A stretch of DNA of 35,958 nucleotides from Actinomycetes bacterium (GCA_021846725.1 JAJZWK010000003.1:1-35958), one strand, 5' to 3'. Positions 1-9,442 are shown, numbered from the stretch's first letter. The notes: generated by a model not told the origin, from the letters alone. Numbers and translations: made by a program.

Positions 1-1382
1 GGTCTCGGTGCATTACTTATATCATCAAATACAGATGCTGCGCATCCGGCAAAGAGTGCCGCCCCACGTATGCCAGGCTCTTCGACATCCAAATAATCGA
101 CAGTAATAGCCGATCCTGCCACTTTCTCCTTGGCTGCTCGTAATGCGAGACTACGTGACCAGCCACCTGATACAGCTATACGATCAATAGGGCCGCCGAT
201 CTCCGATATGGTATTGAGTAGCTCATACATACGATTGGTTACAGTCGAGACAGCAGCACGCCATATGTGAACTGGAGTAGCGTCCCATCCTATCCCGGTA
301 ATTGACGCTAAATTGCTTTCTGCGTTCAGTATCTTCAACTCACCGATATCATCCAATCCATCAAGAGCATCCCTCTCTAATAAACTCATGCGATCACTCC
401 CTATCTCCTCGGTGTCATATCCAATCAACTTCAAAATGCGACCAAGCACAAGCCCAGCACGTTGCGCTCCAAGCAATACGAACCGACCGGGTAACGCATG
501 GCGGCCCACTGTCACGTGACCGGCAAGTGCGACTCCAATAGCATCCCCATCAGGCATCTTACAGGTGGCTCGTATGAGTGCCTCGGCAGTACCACAGGAG
601 TCAAATACCTCATTGTTATCTATTACTCCAGCACCGACGGCTCCACAGGAATGATCGTGTCCCCCAATAGTGAGTATGGCACCATTTAGGCGATTTAACC
701 CGTATTCTGCATATCTGGCTCCATCAAAGTTGCCAATAGCCGTACCAGCAGTCACCAACTCAGGCATTACCCGCAATGAAAGATCTCCCCACTCCAGTGC
801 CTCTTCCCACCACTCCCCCGCAGCTACATCAAGCATGCCCGACCTGGAAGCCAATGACAGTTCGGCGACTTGCCCCCCTCCCAGTCGGTATGCGATCCAC
901 TCAGCTATACCCAGTATCTTCGCTACCGACGAAGGCTGGTCAAGATGACCACACAACCACCTCCACTTTGCCAAAGTACACAATCTACTGGGTGGGAGAC
1001 CGGTTTTCTCGCTGAATAGGCCGCCAAATACATCAGCCATCTCCCTGGCTTCATCCTCCCCGCGTGAATCGTGCCATGCTATAGACCGCATAATGGGATT
1101 ATCCTTACTGTCCAGATACACGACAGTCTCTGCAATACCCGTAATGCCAAGTGCTACAACATCCCCATCGGGTATGCTTGGCAACCTATCGGTAATTTCA
1201 GAGAGTACTCCCAGTACTGTATCGAGAAGCTGGGATGGATCAAGCTCTGCACCAGTTGGAATCTGTATCCACGGAGTAGGAGCGTCAACAAAGAAATGCT
1301 CGATACCGCTAGTATCTATTACACCTGCTTTTATACGTGATGTACCAATATCTATACCGATCAGCCAACCGTTGGAAGTCAT
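1..1382 (-). CDS. FGGY-family carbohydrate kinase (xylulokinase/fuculokinase-like); 3' end runs off the window
   Basis: Not in the ORF track because there is no stop in the window. Manual minus-strand translation from ATG at 1382 gives MTSNGWLIGIDIGTSRIKAGVID (FGGY phosphate-1 motif), then IAWHDSR, and near the end IAVSGGWSRS...EPGIRGAALFAG. Confidence 0.88.
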   Translation of the reverse strand, partial: MTSNGWLIGIDIGTSRIKAGVIDTSGIEHFFVDAPTPWIQIPTGAELDPSQLLDTVLGVLSEITDRLPSIPDGDVVALGITGIAETVVYLDSKDNPIMRSIAWHDSRGEDEAREMADVFGGLFSEKTGLPPSRLCTLAKWRWLCGHLDQPSSVAKILGIAEWIAYRLGGGQVAELSLASRSGMLDVAAGEWWEEALEWGDLSLRVMPELVTAGTAIGNFDGARYAEYGLNRLNGAILTIGGHDHSCGAVGAGVIDNNEVFDSCGTAEALIRATCKMPDGDAIGVALAGHVTVGRHALPGRFVLLGAQRAGLVLGRILKLIGYDTEEIGSDRMSLLERDALDGLDDIGELKILNAESNLASITGIGWDATPVHIWRAAVSTVTNRMYELLNTISEIGGPIDRIAVSGGWSRSLALRAAKEKVAGSAITVDYLDVEEPGIRGAALFAGCAASVFDDISNAPR

Positions 1383-1488
1383 TACCAGATATACTATCGC
1401 TCCAGACAATCTAATATCATGGATCGTAATTCGACCGGTACCGATGAGGCCATTACAGGCTTTTCACCACTACACCAGACGATCTAAG

Positions 1489-1515
1489 CCTATGGGTCTT
1501 CCTATGGGTCTTCCT
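1489..1515. repeat. 12-bp tandem repeat CCTATGGGTCTT x2 plus partial copy
   Basis: Read directly at 1489-1500, 1501-1512 and 1513-1515. Confidence 0.9.
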
Positions 1516-1581
1516 GGAGATCCACCCACCAGGAGCACACAGGGAAATCCAATTCCCGCTCTATCTCAAATCCATCGGATG

Positions 1582-1684
1582 GAATCCAATACCTCCAACA
1601 CTGATGACAACTCAGATTTGGCAAATTGGCCAGTTTGCCCTGATCGGTTTAAGAATCCAATACCTCCAACACTGATGACAACTC
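1582..1684. repeat. Exact 32-bp direct repeat GAATCCAATACCTCCAACACTGATGACAACTC with 39-bp spacer
   Basis: Copies at 1582-1613 and 1653-1684. The second copy is the last codons of rluD. The spacer holds a near-perfect 20-bp palindrome at 1620-1639. Confidence 0.95.
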
Positions 1685-2713
1685 TGGTGGCAGTGGTACG
1701 CTCCAATCCATTAACTCTCCGCTAGACGGGTGCTCGATAGACAATCTGGAAGCATGCAGGAAGATACGGGCTGAATAGCTGTTATCCCCAAGTCGGGCAC
1801 CCTGCCCATTGGCACCCTGGTTCCCCGTACCCTGCCCATTGGCACCCTGCCCAGCAGTATCCAGACCAAAGCCGGCATTCAGATCGGACGATTCCACAAA
1901 TGGCAACACCGACCAACTAGGACCTCCATAACGAACATCACCAATCACAGGATGACCTACCGATGACATATGAACTCGTATCTGATGAGTCCGTCCAGTT
2001 TCCAGATTTACCTCAAGCAAGCTGAGTGGCACCGGATGTACATACCTCCGTACTACCCGATATCTTGTTACGGCAGGTCTTCCGTTGGACGATATACACA
2101 TATTCAATGGGTTGCGCGACGATCTGCCTATAGGGGCATCTACCATGCCGTTATCCTCCGGGATAAGACCAGCAACCAGGGCAATATACTGCCTTATCAC
2201 CTTTCTGGAAGAGATCTGACCGACAAGTCGCTCGACAGCAAATGGTGTCAACCCTACCACCATAAGACCCGATGTCTCTTTATCAAGGCGGTGCACAATG
2301 CCCGGTCGTGCAGCATCCATAATACCGTTGGCCGTGCCGTCTCTCAAAGTATCAAAACGCGCAAGAAGGCCATCTACCAGTGTACCCTCATGATGTCCGG
2401 CACCATGATGTACCACCAGACCAGCAGGTTTGTTTATTACAACAATATCTCGATCGGAATAGACCAACTCAAATTGCACCGACGGGTCTTCCCTGGCAAC
2501 ATCAGTAACAATACCCGCTGTATCCACCTCGATGACCTGATCATGAGATAAAGGCCTACTACGCCGCAGAACAGGTGTACCGTTTATCTTCACCTTGCCA
2601 TCCTCTATAAGCGTTGCAACGGTAGAACGAGGGAGATTAGAGACAAACGAAATTACTTTATCCAGCCTCTCGCCTTCAAGCGATTTAGGCACATTGAATG
2701 TTATCGGTATCAA
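1649..2713 (-). CDS. rluD: RluA/RluD-family 23S rRNA pseudouridine synthase
   Basis: N-terminal S4 domain (RLDKVIS), INKPAGLVVH, catalytic GIVHRLDKETSG, TGRTHQIRVH, FLHASRL; follows lspA. Confidence 0.93.
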   Translation of the reverse strand: MIPITFNVPKSLEGERLDKVISFVSNLPRSTVATLIEDGKVKINGTPVLRRSRPLSHDQVIEVDTAGIVTDVAREDPSVQFELVYSDRDIVVINKPAGLVVHHGAGHHEGTLVDGLLARFDTLRDGTANGIMDAARPGIVHRLDKETSGLMVVGLTPFAVERLVGQISSRKVIRQYIALVAGLIPEDNGMVDAPIGRSSRNPLNMCISSNGRPAVTRYRVVRRYVHPVPLSLLEVNLETGRTHQIRVHMSSVGHPVIGDVRYGGPSWSVLPFVESSDLNAGFGLDTAGQGANGQGTGNQGANGQGARLGDNSYSARIFLHASRLSIEHPSSGELMDWSVPLPPELSSVLEVLDS

Positions 2714-3201
2714 TGCTTATTCTCGTTTTGCGAATGAACTGACTGGGCTATCCATATAATCACTACCAGTAACACCCCAATATCTATACAAGCATCCGCT
2801 ACGTTGAATGTAGGCCAATATCGTAAATGTATAAAATCCACAACTGCCCCATGGTCACCCCTGAAGACTCGATCAGCAAGATTCCCTAATGCACCTCCAA
2901 TTATCATTCCATAAGCTGCCACCAGCGACATAGATTTAGTCCTTAATACCATCCAACAAAGGACCACTACGAATACGAGCGCCACTATAGCAATTACGAG
3001 GGAATTACCTCTAGCGATACCAAAAGAGAACCCAGTATTCATTCCAAGCGAAAAACTCAAAGGTCCTATCACATGAATAGACCCCTTCGACAACCTGGAT
3101 AAAGCCCATGACGTACTCAGTTGGTCTGCCAGAATAACCAGTAACGCTACCGTACCTGCCAGTAACATCTTCTTCGTACGAGGAGATAAAGTAAGCATCA
3201 A
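2710..3201 (-). CDS. lspA: Lipoprotein signal peptidase II
   Basis: ADQLS, NTGFSFG, GGALGNLADR, VVDFI, FNVADA motifs; four hydrophobic segments. Confidence 0.96.
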   Translation of the reverse strand: MMLTLSPRTKKMLLAGTVALLVILADQLSTSWALSRLSKGSIHVIGPLSFSLGMNTGFSFGIARGNSLVIAIVALVFVVVLCWMVLRTKSMSLVAAYGMIIGGALGNLADRVFRGDHGAVVDFIHLRYWPTFNVADACIDIGVLLVVIIWIAQSVHSQNENKH

Positions 3202-3204
3202 GGA

Positions 3205-6200
3205 TTACAGCCGCTTAATGGTAATCACGATATTGCCACCATCGGGAAGGGTCGCCGACTCGGTGTAGCCGTTTACGCCAGAAGGTGCTCCAGTCGGGCT
3301 GGGGCTCCTTTCAGCCTGCCATATCGTGTATATATCATTACCACTATCCGTAACAACGGTAAGGCGTAATGCCTGAGTCTGTTCACTGATATATTGGGCA
3401 TTTTCTTCTACAGCTTTCAACGCAGTGTCGTTCAATCCAAGCTGTAGATCAATTCTGTCAGTAATCTCCAGACCTGCTGATCTCCTTGCTTGCTGAATAA
3501 GCCGAACAATGTCACGTGCAGTACCCTCCCTGAAAAGATCCTCAGTAATGTCTGTATCAAGAATAACTATACCCTCCCTATTCGGCAGCGCTCGACCGTT
3601 CTCTTCGTCAAGAGGCACCAAATCGAGGGAATACTCACCTTCTTCCAGTTTTATACCATCCACATACACTGATCCGTCAGCACTCAACTGCCAGTTGCCG
3701 TCCTTACCTGCTTTTATGACCCGTTGAGTCTGACTCCCAAGCCTGGGGCCTAGAACTGACGGCACCGTAGTCAAGCGAGAATTGGCCAATGAGCTATAAT
3801 CATCAGTGAGGACAACCTGCTTCACGTTTAGCTCATCTGCTATTATCTCAGTATAAGGCTCAATATCCGATACGTTCTTGGCAGCCACCGTCAAACTGGC
3901 CAATGGCAGTCTGGCTCTTATCCCCTTTGATTTGCGTATTCCGTGAGCCGTCGAGCAGATATCCCGTACCCTATCCATTGCCTCGTTCAGTTGAGGATCG
4001 TATGGTAACTCATCACTACTAGGCCAGCGAGATAGGTGGACGCTGGTCTCTCCCGTCAAATCCATATAAATACGCTCTGACAGCAATGGCACCAAAGGCG
4101 CTGTCAACCTGGCAAGCACAGTAAGAACCGTATGAAGAGTATTGTAAGCCTCGGATTTATCCCGTTCCACCTCCATAGAGCCATCTCGCGCCATCCAAAA
4201 TCGGTCACGGTTTCTACGTATATACCAATTATCCAGCACCTCTACGAATGAAGCAACTGCCTGATATGCAGAGGATAAGTCATACTCTTCCATATATGTA
4301 GTAATATCCATGACCAGTTTCGAAGCCTTGGACAGTATGTATCTGTCCAGGATAGTAGAGCTGCTTGTATCTATGACACCTTTCATACGATCTGCATTCG
4401 CATAGAGGGAGAGAAAATACCATGCATTCCAGATAGGATTGAGCGCAAGTCTAACAGTATCTTTGATGGCCTCCTTCTGAACAATGAGATCCTGCCCCTT
4501 GAGCACGGGAGAGGAGAGTAGAAACCACCGCATTGCATCTGCGCCATATTCGTTGAATATCTCTTCCGGCTCCGGATAATTAGAGAGGCGCTTGGACATC
4601 TTACGCCCATCGCTACCCAAGATGACTCCGTGAGCAATGCAATTCTTGAAAGCTGGTTTATCGAAGAGCGCAACTGCCAGGACGTGCAGTGTATAGAACC
4701 ATCCCCTCGTCTGGGCTACATATTCGACCACAAAATCAGAAGGAAAATGGCTTTCGAACCATTCTGCATTCTCGAAGGGATAGTGAAACTGAGCAAATGG
4801 CATGGAGCCTGATTCAAACCAACAATCCAATACATCAGGTATTCTCCGCATTGTCGATTTACCGGTTGGATCATCGGGATTGGGTCTGGTAAGTGAATCA
4901 ATCTCTGGTAAATGCAGATCACTGAGATGCACGGAAAAATCAGCCTCCAGTTCTTCTATGCTCCCGTACACGTCTACACGAGGATAATTTGGGTCGTCGC
5001 TCTTCCACACGGGTATCGGGGAGCCCCAGAAGCGATTTCTGCTGATCGACCAATCTCTTGCTCCTTCCAACCATTTACCAAACGCACCATGCTGTATGTG
5101 CGAAGGTACCCAATGTATGGCCTCATTCTGTGCCAGCAGCCTATCTTTGATGGCAGTCACCTTAACAAACCACGAACTGACCGCCTTGTACACAAGTGGC
5201 GTATCTGTACGCCAGCAATGAGGATAGCTGTGTTCGTAGGATTCTCGCCGCACTAATGCTCCCAATCTCGATAGATCGTCGATGATGCGTTCGTTGGCAT
5301 CGAATACCTGAAGTCCCTCATAACTGCTCACTTCTGAGGTAAACCTACCTCTCTCATCCATAGGACAGACGACCTGAATGCCCGCTTTGGTGCAGACCTC
5401 GTAGTCGTCTTCACCAAAGCCAGGTGCCAAATGAACTACGCCAGTTCCCTCGTCTGTGGCTACGAAATCAGCGGTAAGAATCTTGAACGAATTGGGAGAG
5501 TCGCTGAAGAAATCAAATAAGGGCTTATAAGAACGCCCAGCGATCTCAGAACCCTTGACTATAAATACAGGCTCCCTGCCACCTATGAGATCTTCGTATT
5601 CCTCAGCACGCAAGGATGCAATCAACGTCGGTACAGAATTGCTTCCGTCAAGCATATAAGCCGCATAATCTATATCTGCCCCAACCGCTAAAGCTAGATT
5701 GGAAGGGAGCGTCCATGGCGTAGTTGTCCAGACCAAGAGCTTGAACTCTCCGTCTACTAAATTATTCACACGATGTGAGTCAGGAGCACCCATGGTAGAA
5801 CCGTCGATGGATCCCTTGGACTCCTTGGGTTCCTTGGCATAGACGGTAAAGGAAACTGTTACAGCAGGGTCAATCCTATTACGATAAGAATCATCCTGGC
5901 GAGTTTCAAAGTTGGACAGCGGTGTCTCACATTCCCAGCAATACGGAAGTACGCGTTCGCTCTCATATACAAGTCCCAATTCGTACAACCTCTTGAATGC
6001 CCACATAACACTCTCCATGTAGGAAGTATCCATAGTCCTGTATGCATTCTCAAAATCCACCCATCGTGCCTGTCTGTGGACATAACGCTCCCAGGCATCC
6101 GTCGTATTCTGCACCAGCGAACGGCAATGAGCATTGAAACGATCGACACCATATTCATTGATGGCAACCCTACCGGATACACCAAGGTCTTTCTCTGCAG

Positions 6201-6618
6201 CCATTTCAGCCGGTAACCCATGGCAGTCCCAACCAAAGCGTCTCTCCACTAATTTACCTCGCATTGTCCAGAAACGCGGTATTGTGTCCTTTACAAAACC
6301 AGTCAACAGATGTCCATAGTGGGGAAGACCATTTGCAAATGGCGGTCCATCATAAAAAATGAACTCCTCTCTACGGCTAGGGCTTGAATCTCGAGAATCA
6401 ATCTGATCGCCAGAGCCACCCATACCGCCAGAGCCACCTTGAGCATCAGAGGAACCGCTGCCACTAAGGGCACTGTCAGAGCTGCTAGCACTGCTACCAA
6501 GGGAACGGTCGAATATTCTGTTTGCAGTCCAATATTCCAGGACATCTTCCTCGATATTGGGGTAATCGGGTTGCTGCTCTACATGTGGATAAGCGCTATA
6601 TTGTGTATTTATTGACAT
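3205..6618 (-). CDS. ileS: Isoleucyl-tRNA synthetase, type 2 (IleRS2)
   Basis: DGPPFANGLPHYGH (HYGH variant of HIGH), GWDCHGLP, WTTTPWTLPSN, DWSISRNRFWGSPIP, KMSKR. Confidence 0.98.
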   Translation of the reverse strand: MSINTQYSAYPHVEQQPDYPNIEEDVLEYWTANRIFDRSLGSSASSSDSALSGSGSSDAQGGSGGMGGSGDQIDSRDSSPSRREEFIFYDGPPFANGLPHYGHLLTGFVKDTIPRFWTMRGKLVERRFGWDCHGLPAEMAAEKDLGVSGRVAINEYGVDRFNAHCRSLVQNTTDAWERYVHRQARWVDFENAYRTMDTSYMESVMWAFKRLYELGLVYESERVLPYCWECETPLSNFETRQDDSYRNRIDPAVTVSFTVYAKEPKESKGSIDGSTMGAPDSHRVNNLVDGEFKLLVWTTTPWTLPSNLALAVGADIDYAAYMLDGSNSVPTLIASLRAEEYEDLIGGREPVFIVKGSEIAGRSYKPLFDFFSDSPNSFKILTADFVATDEGTGVVHLAPGFGEDDYEVCTKAGIQVVCPMDERGRFTSEVSSYEGLQVFDANERIIDDLSRLGALVRRESYEHSYPHCWRTDTPLVYKAVSSWFVKVTAIKDRLLAQNEAIHWVPSHIQHGAFGKWLEGARDWSISRNRFWGSPIPVWKSDDPNYPRVDVYGSIEELEADFSVHLSDLHLPEIDSLTRPNPDDPTGKSTMRRIPDVLDCWFESGSMPFAQFHYPFENAEWFESHFPSDFVVEYVAQTRGWFYTLHVLAVALFDKPAFKNCIAHGVILGSDGRKMSKRLSNYPEPEEIFNEYGADAMRWFLLSSPVLKGQDLIVQKEAIKDTVRLALNPIWNAWYFLSLYANADRMKGVIDTSSSTILDRYILSKASKLVMDITTYMEEYDLSSAYQAVASFVEVLDNWYIRRNRDRFWMARDGSMEVERDKSEAYNTLHTVLTVLARLTAPLVPLLSERIYMDLTGETSVHLSRWPSSDELPYDPQLNEAMDRVRDICSTAHGIRKSKGIRARLPLASLTVAAKNVSDIEPYTEIIADELNVKQVVLTDDYSSLANSRLTTVPSVLGPRLGSQTQRVIKAGKDGNWQLSADGSVYVDGIKLEEGEYSLDLVPLDEENGRALPNREGIVILDTDITEDLFREGTARDIVRLIQQARRSAGLEITDRIDLQLGLNDTALKAVEENAQYISEQTQALRLTVVTDSGNDIYTIWQAERSPSPTGAPSGVNGYTESATLPDGGNIVITIKRL

Positions 6619-6740
6619 ATCAATGCTTTAATTATCTTACTTTCCCTATTGGACGATTCTTAATGTACTAAAATATATAGTGTAGTGTATTCTGTTTTCA
6701 TTACGGATCTCAACATGGTATCGTATTTCAACGGTATTAT

Positions 6741-6760
6741 ATTCTAAAATATTATAGAAT
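6741..6760. promoter_or_regulatory. Near-perfect 20-bp palindrome ATTCTAAAATATTATAGAAT in the divergent ileS/dksA-like spacer; possible operator
   Basis: The inverted repeat is seen directly; function is inferred only. Confidence 0.3.
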
Positions 6761-7094
6761 GGCTGGTAGCGCTCTGTCTCATAAATAACGTGCCGTTACC
6801 TATCATTTAGGAGTAAAGGACAGGAACTGGTAAGATTCCGAGAGAAAAAATATACTATAGCCAGATAAGATATCGCTAGCGTAGTGTCTCGTAAATGGTG
6901 TAACATTATCCAGCTGGCCGAGGACATTATCTAGTGAGACCAAGAACGAAAGCATAGTCGGTACTGCATTGAAAATGAAGATACCACCAAAAACATCATC
7001 TGGTCGACAGTAATATACGGTCATTTGCTGAACGGACCACTATAATAATATAATTCGAGTTTCGTGTAAGATAGCTGAGCGAGAGGAGCAATTT

Positions 7095-8279
7095 ATGGCC
7101 ACGGCCAATACCAGTTCAAGAAAGAACAGTACAGGGTTGACAAAAACGGATACCGGCGGGAGAACCTCTGGGAAAAGTCCTAAATCAGCTAGAGCAAAGG
7201 CGATTACGGAAAAAAGAGCAAAGACGACAGACCGGGCAGTCTCCGATACTGGAACCAAGACAAGAGGTAGACCTGAAAAGAATACACAATCCGAAGAAAA
7301 GACAAAGACTGTAACTACTAGAACCACCCGTAGTACCACAGCCACAAGGACTCGTGCTTCCAGTAGTACCAAGGCTTCCAGTAGTACCAAGGCTTCCGCC
7401 AATACAATAAGTACCGCTGGCGGTACAAAAATATCTTCAAGGAGCCGTACTGCTGCCGATATTGTAGCTAAAAAAGCCAGTTCCACTACAACAAGCACTA
7501 AAGCACCCCCCAAAAGTCGTACCACAATGAGCTCAAAGGTAGGCAATCCATCACCTGCTTCCAGCTCCCCTGCCAGGCAACGTAACGTAGGTAACTCTAG
7601 GGCAGGCAGCACCGGCACTGACACAAAAGCATCACCAAGGCATTCATCAGACAACGAATCTGCACCAGCACGATCAAGAGGAGCCAGCAGACCGCCAAAG
7701 GAAGTAGGATCACGCTCTACTGGAAGTTCCAAGGCATCCTCAAAGACTCGTGCTACCAACAAAGATACAACTGCAAAGACCCATACAACAGGTACCATAG
7801 CAGCCGCGGCAAGCAGTACAACCCGCAGCCACCGACTAACGCCTGCCAGAATTCCAGGTGAACCCAAACGCTCCTCCACACAACCGCGACCAGAAATAGA
7901 ATCATACGCAAGCGACTCAAAATTCCTTAACGAGATGAGGGAAGCACTTCAAAAAGAACGCACGATCTACGAAGAGCAAATTGAACAACTAAAATCTGAG
8001 GCTGAATCGCTTGCGCTGGAACGTGAGCCCGGTGACGTACAATTTGATGAAGAATCAGGCGAGGGAGGAACCGCGTCCCTCGAGAGGGAATTGGATCTCA
8101 CCCTATCTGCTCAAGCAAGTGAAGCAATTAAACTAATTGATGATGCCCTAGCGGGGATAGAAGATGGGACCTATGGCATATGTGACTCTTGCCACAGACC
8201 TATACCTAAAGCTCGACTCAGAGCACTCCCTTATGCCAGGCTATGCATTGAGTGCAAAAGTGGTGGATTACACAGATAA
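7095..8279 (+). CDS. TraR/DksA C4-type zinc-finger protein with a ~265-aa basic Ser/Thr/Lys/Arg-rich N-terminal extension (DdbA-like architecture)
   Basis: C-terminal coiled coil with acidic tip (GDVQFDEESGEGGT), then YGICDSCHRPIPKARLRALPYARLCIECK; RBS GAGGAG upstream of ATG 7095. Confidence 0.88.
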   Translation: MATANTSSRKNSTGLTKTDTGGRTSGKSPKSARAKAITEKRAKTTDRAVSDTGTKTRGRPEKNTQSEEKTKTVTTRTTRSTTATRTRASSSTKASSSTKASANTISTAGGTKISSRSRTAADIVAKKASSTTTSTKAPPKSRTTMSSKVGNPSPASSSPARQRNVGNSRAGSTGTDTKASPRHSSDNESAPARSRGASRPPKEVGSRSTGSSKASSKTRATNKDTTAKTHTTGTIAAAASSTTRSHRLTPARIPGEPKRSSTQPRPEIESYASDSKFLNEMREALQKERTIYEEQIEQLKSEAESLALEREPGDVQFDEESGEGGTASLERELDLTLSAQASEAIKLIDDALAGIEDGTYGICDSCHRPIPKARLRALPYARLCIECKSGGLHR

Positions 8280-8332
8280 CCGTTAGAGGCATCGCTGCAG
8301 AAAGACAAACTATAGTGTCTTAGCGAGATCTA

Positions 8333-9298
8333 CTAAGAGAAGAGATTGAGCGGATCATCAAGATCAGATGAAGCTGACACATTTCCATTACTATGTGAAA
8401 AAGCTCCATAATTGTGGCCATTCGAGATATTGTTCCCGCCATAACCACGCTGCCCATCTTTAGCATTACTACCTGTATCGGTAACAGAATTACCTTTATC
8501 AGGTGAGCCACCATTATCAGACTGACCATCTATACCCGATGATGATACAACCTGAGTTGTATCATACTCAGTTTCTCCGCCCTGGCTCACTTTTGCCTCT
8601 TCCACTTTGCCACCTGAACTCAACATGGCGGCTGCTGGATTGAACTTCTCGTCCACCCACGCAATCATCTCTGTCAACACACCACGTAATCTTCCACGCT
8701 CGCCGTCCAGGTACCTAGCCACCATTTCCACCTCACTGGCCAACCTGGCGCGCACCTGCTCCAAACGTGCCACCTCTGACTTCATGCGTCCCTCTGTTTC
8801 AGCAATGATCTTCTTGGCTTCAGACTCTGCATTTGTCAACATCTCGCGCGCACGCTGTTCCGCAGAGGTAACAGTATTGTGTGCTTGCTGTTCGGCTGCT
8901 GCCACCGTACTACGGGCCTGCTCCTGTGCCTCCGCATGGGCCTGATCTACAAATTTTTGAGCCATAAGTAACGTTCGCTGTAGAGACTCCAGTACCTCTC
9001 CATTGGCTACATCTGCTGCTGCTGCCACATTGGCAGATGCCTGCTGCACCTGGCTAACAGTATGACTCTCAAGCTGCGCCGCACGGGCATTTGCTTGATT
9101 CAACTGGTCGGATAGCTGCCTTATCTGCTCGAATGCAGTCTCAACCTCAACAGCTACCTGCTCAAGGTACTCATCTACATCATCAATATTATATCCACGT
9201 AACGCCTGGCGAAACTCTACCGTCCTGATACTCTTTAACTTGCTATAGGGATCAACTGGTGCTTCGCTGGATACTACATCTTCACTTTCAGTACTCAT
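8333..9298 (-). CDS. divIVA: DivIVA/Wag31-family cell division protein
   Basis: FRQALRGYNIDDVDEYL motif and two coiled coils. Start placed at ATG 9298; GTG 9325 is an alternative. Confidence 0.92.
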   Translation of the reverse strand: MSTESEDVVSSEAPVDPYSKLKSIRTVEFRQALRGYNIDDVDEYLEQVAVEVETAFEQIRQLSDQLNQANARAAQLESHTVSQVQQASANVAAAADVANGEVLESLQRTLLMAQKFVDQAHAEAQEQARSTVAAAEQQAHNTVTSAEQRAREMLTNAESEAKKIIAETEGRMKSEVARLEQVRARLASEVEMVARYLDGERGRLRGVLTEMIAWVDEKFNPAAAMLSSGGKVEEAKVSQGGETEYDTTQVVSSSGIDGQSDNGGSPDKGNSVTDTGSNAKDGQRGYGGNNISNGHNYGAFSHSNGNVSASSDLDDPLNLFS

Positions 9299-9391
9299 GA
9301 ATAATATTTTAGACAAACTATTCACCTAAATGGTGGATACTGAGTACATTTACAACAAAATATCCCACGTTTCCTTTTTACACTTTTTACG

Positions 9392-9434
9392 CTGTATCAT
9401 CCAGCAGATAACTGTATCATCCAGCTAATACAGT
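9392..9434. repeat. 14-bp direct repeat CTGTATCATCCAGC x2 (20-bp period) overlapping a 7-bp inverted repeat, upstream of divIVA
   Basis: Copies at 9392-9405 and 9412-9425; ACTGTAT...ATACAGT spans 9411-9434. Confidence 0.85.
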
Positions 9435-9442
9435 AAAGCCAA

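Noticed and set aside
1582-1684. Mini CRISPR array (32-bp repeat, 39-bp spacer)
   Set aside because: Only two copies, one of which is rluD coding sequence; the repeat is not palindromic and there are no cas genes in the window.
1093-1725. 210-aa plus-strand ORF, and the smaller ORFs at 302-1340
   Set aside because: Antisense shadows of the FGGY kinase and rluD; no recognisable motifs.
6803-7024. 73-aa ORF in the ileS leader, and a GGTGGTATC T-box-like word near 6980-6988
   Set aside because: No family similarity or clear RBS. The word lacks the rest of the T-box consensus and lies over 350 bp from ileS.
7040-7879. 279-aa hydrophobic minus-strand ORF
   Set aside because: Antisense mirror of the A/C-rich low-complexity DksA extension; its Val/Leu richness follows from the complement codons.
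9392-9407. CTG-N10-CAG resembling a gammaproteobacterial SOS box
   Set aside because: Actinobacterial LexA recognises GAAC-N4-GTTC-type sites; likely a chance match.
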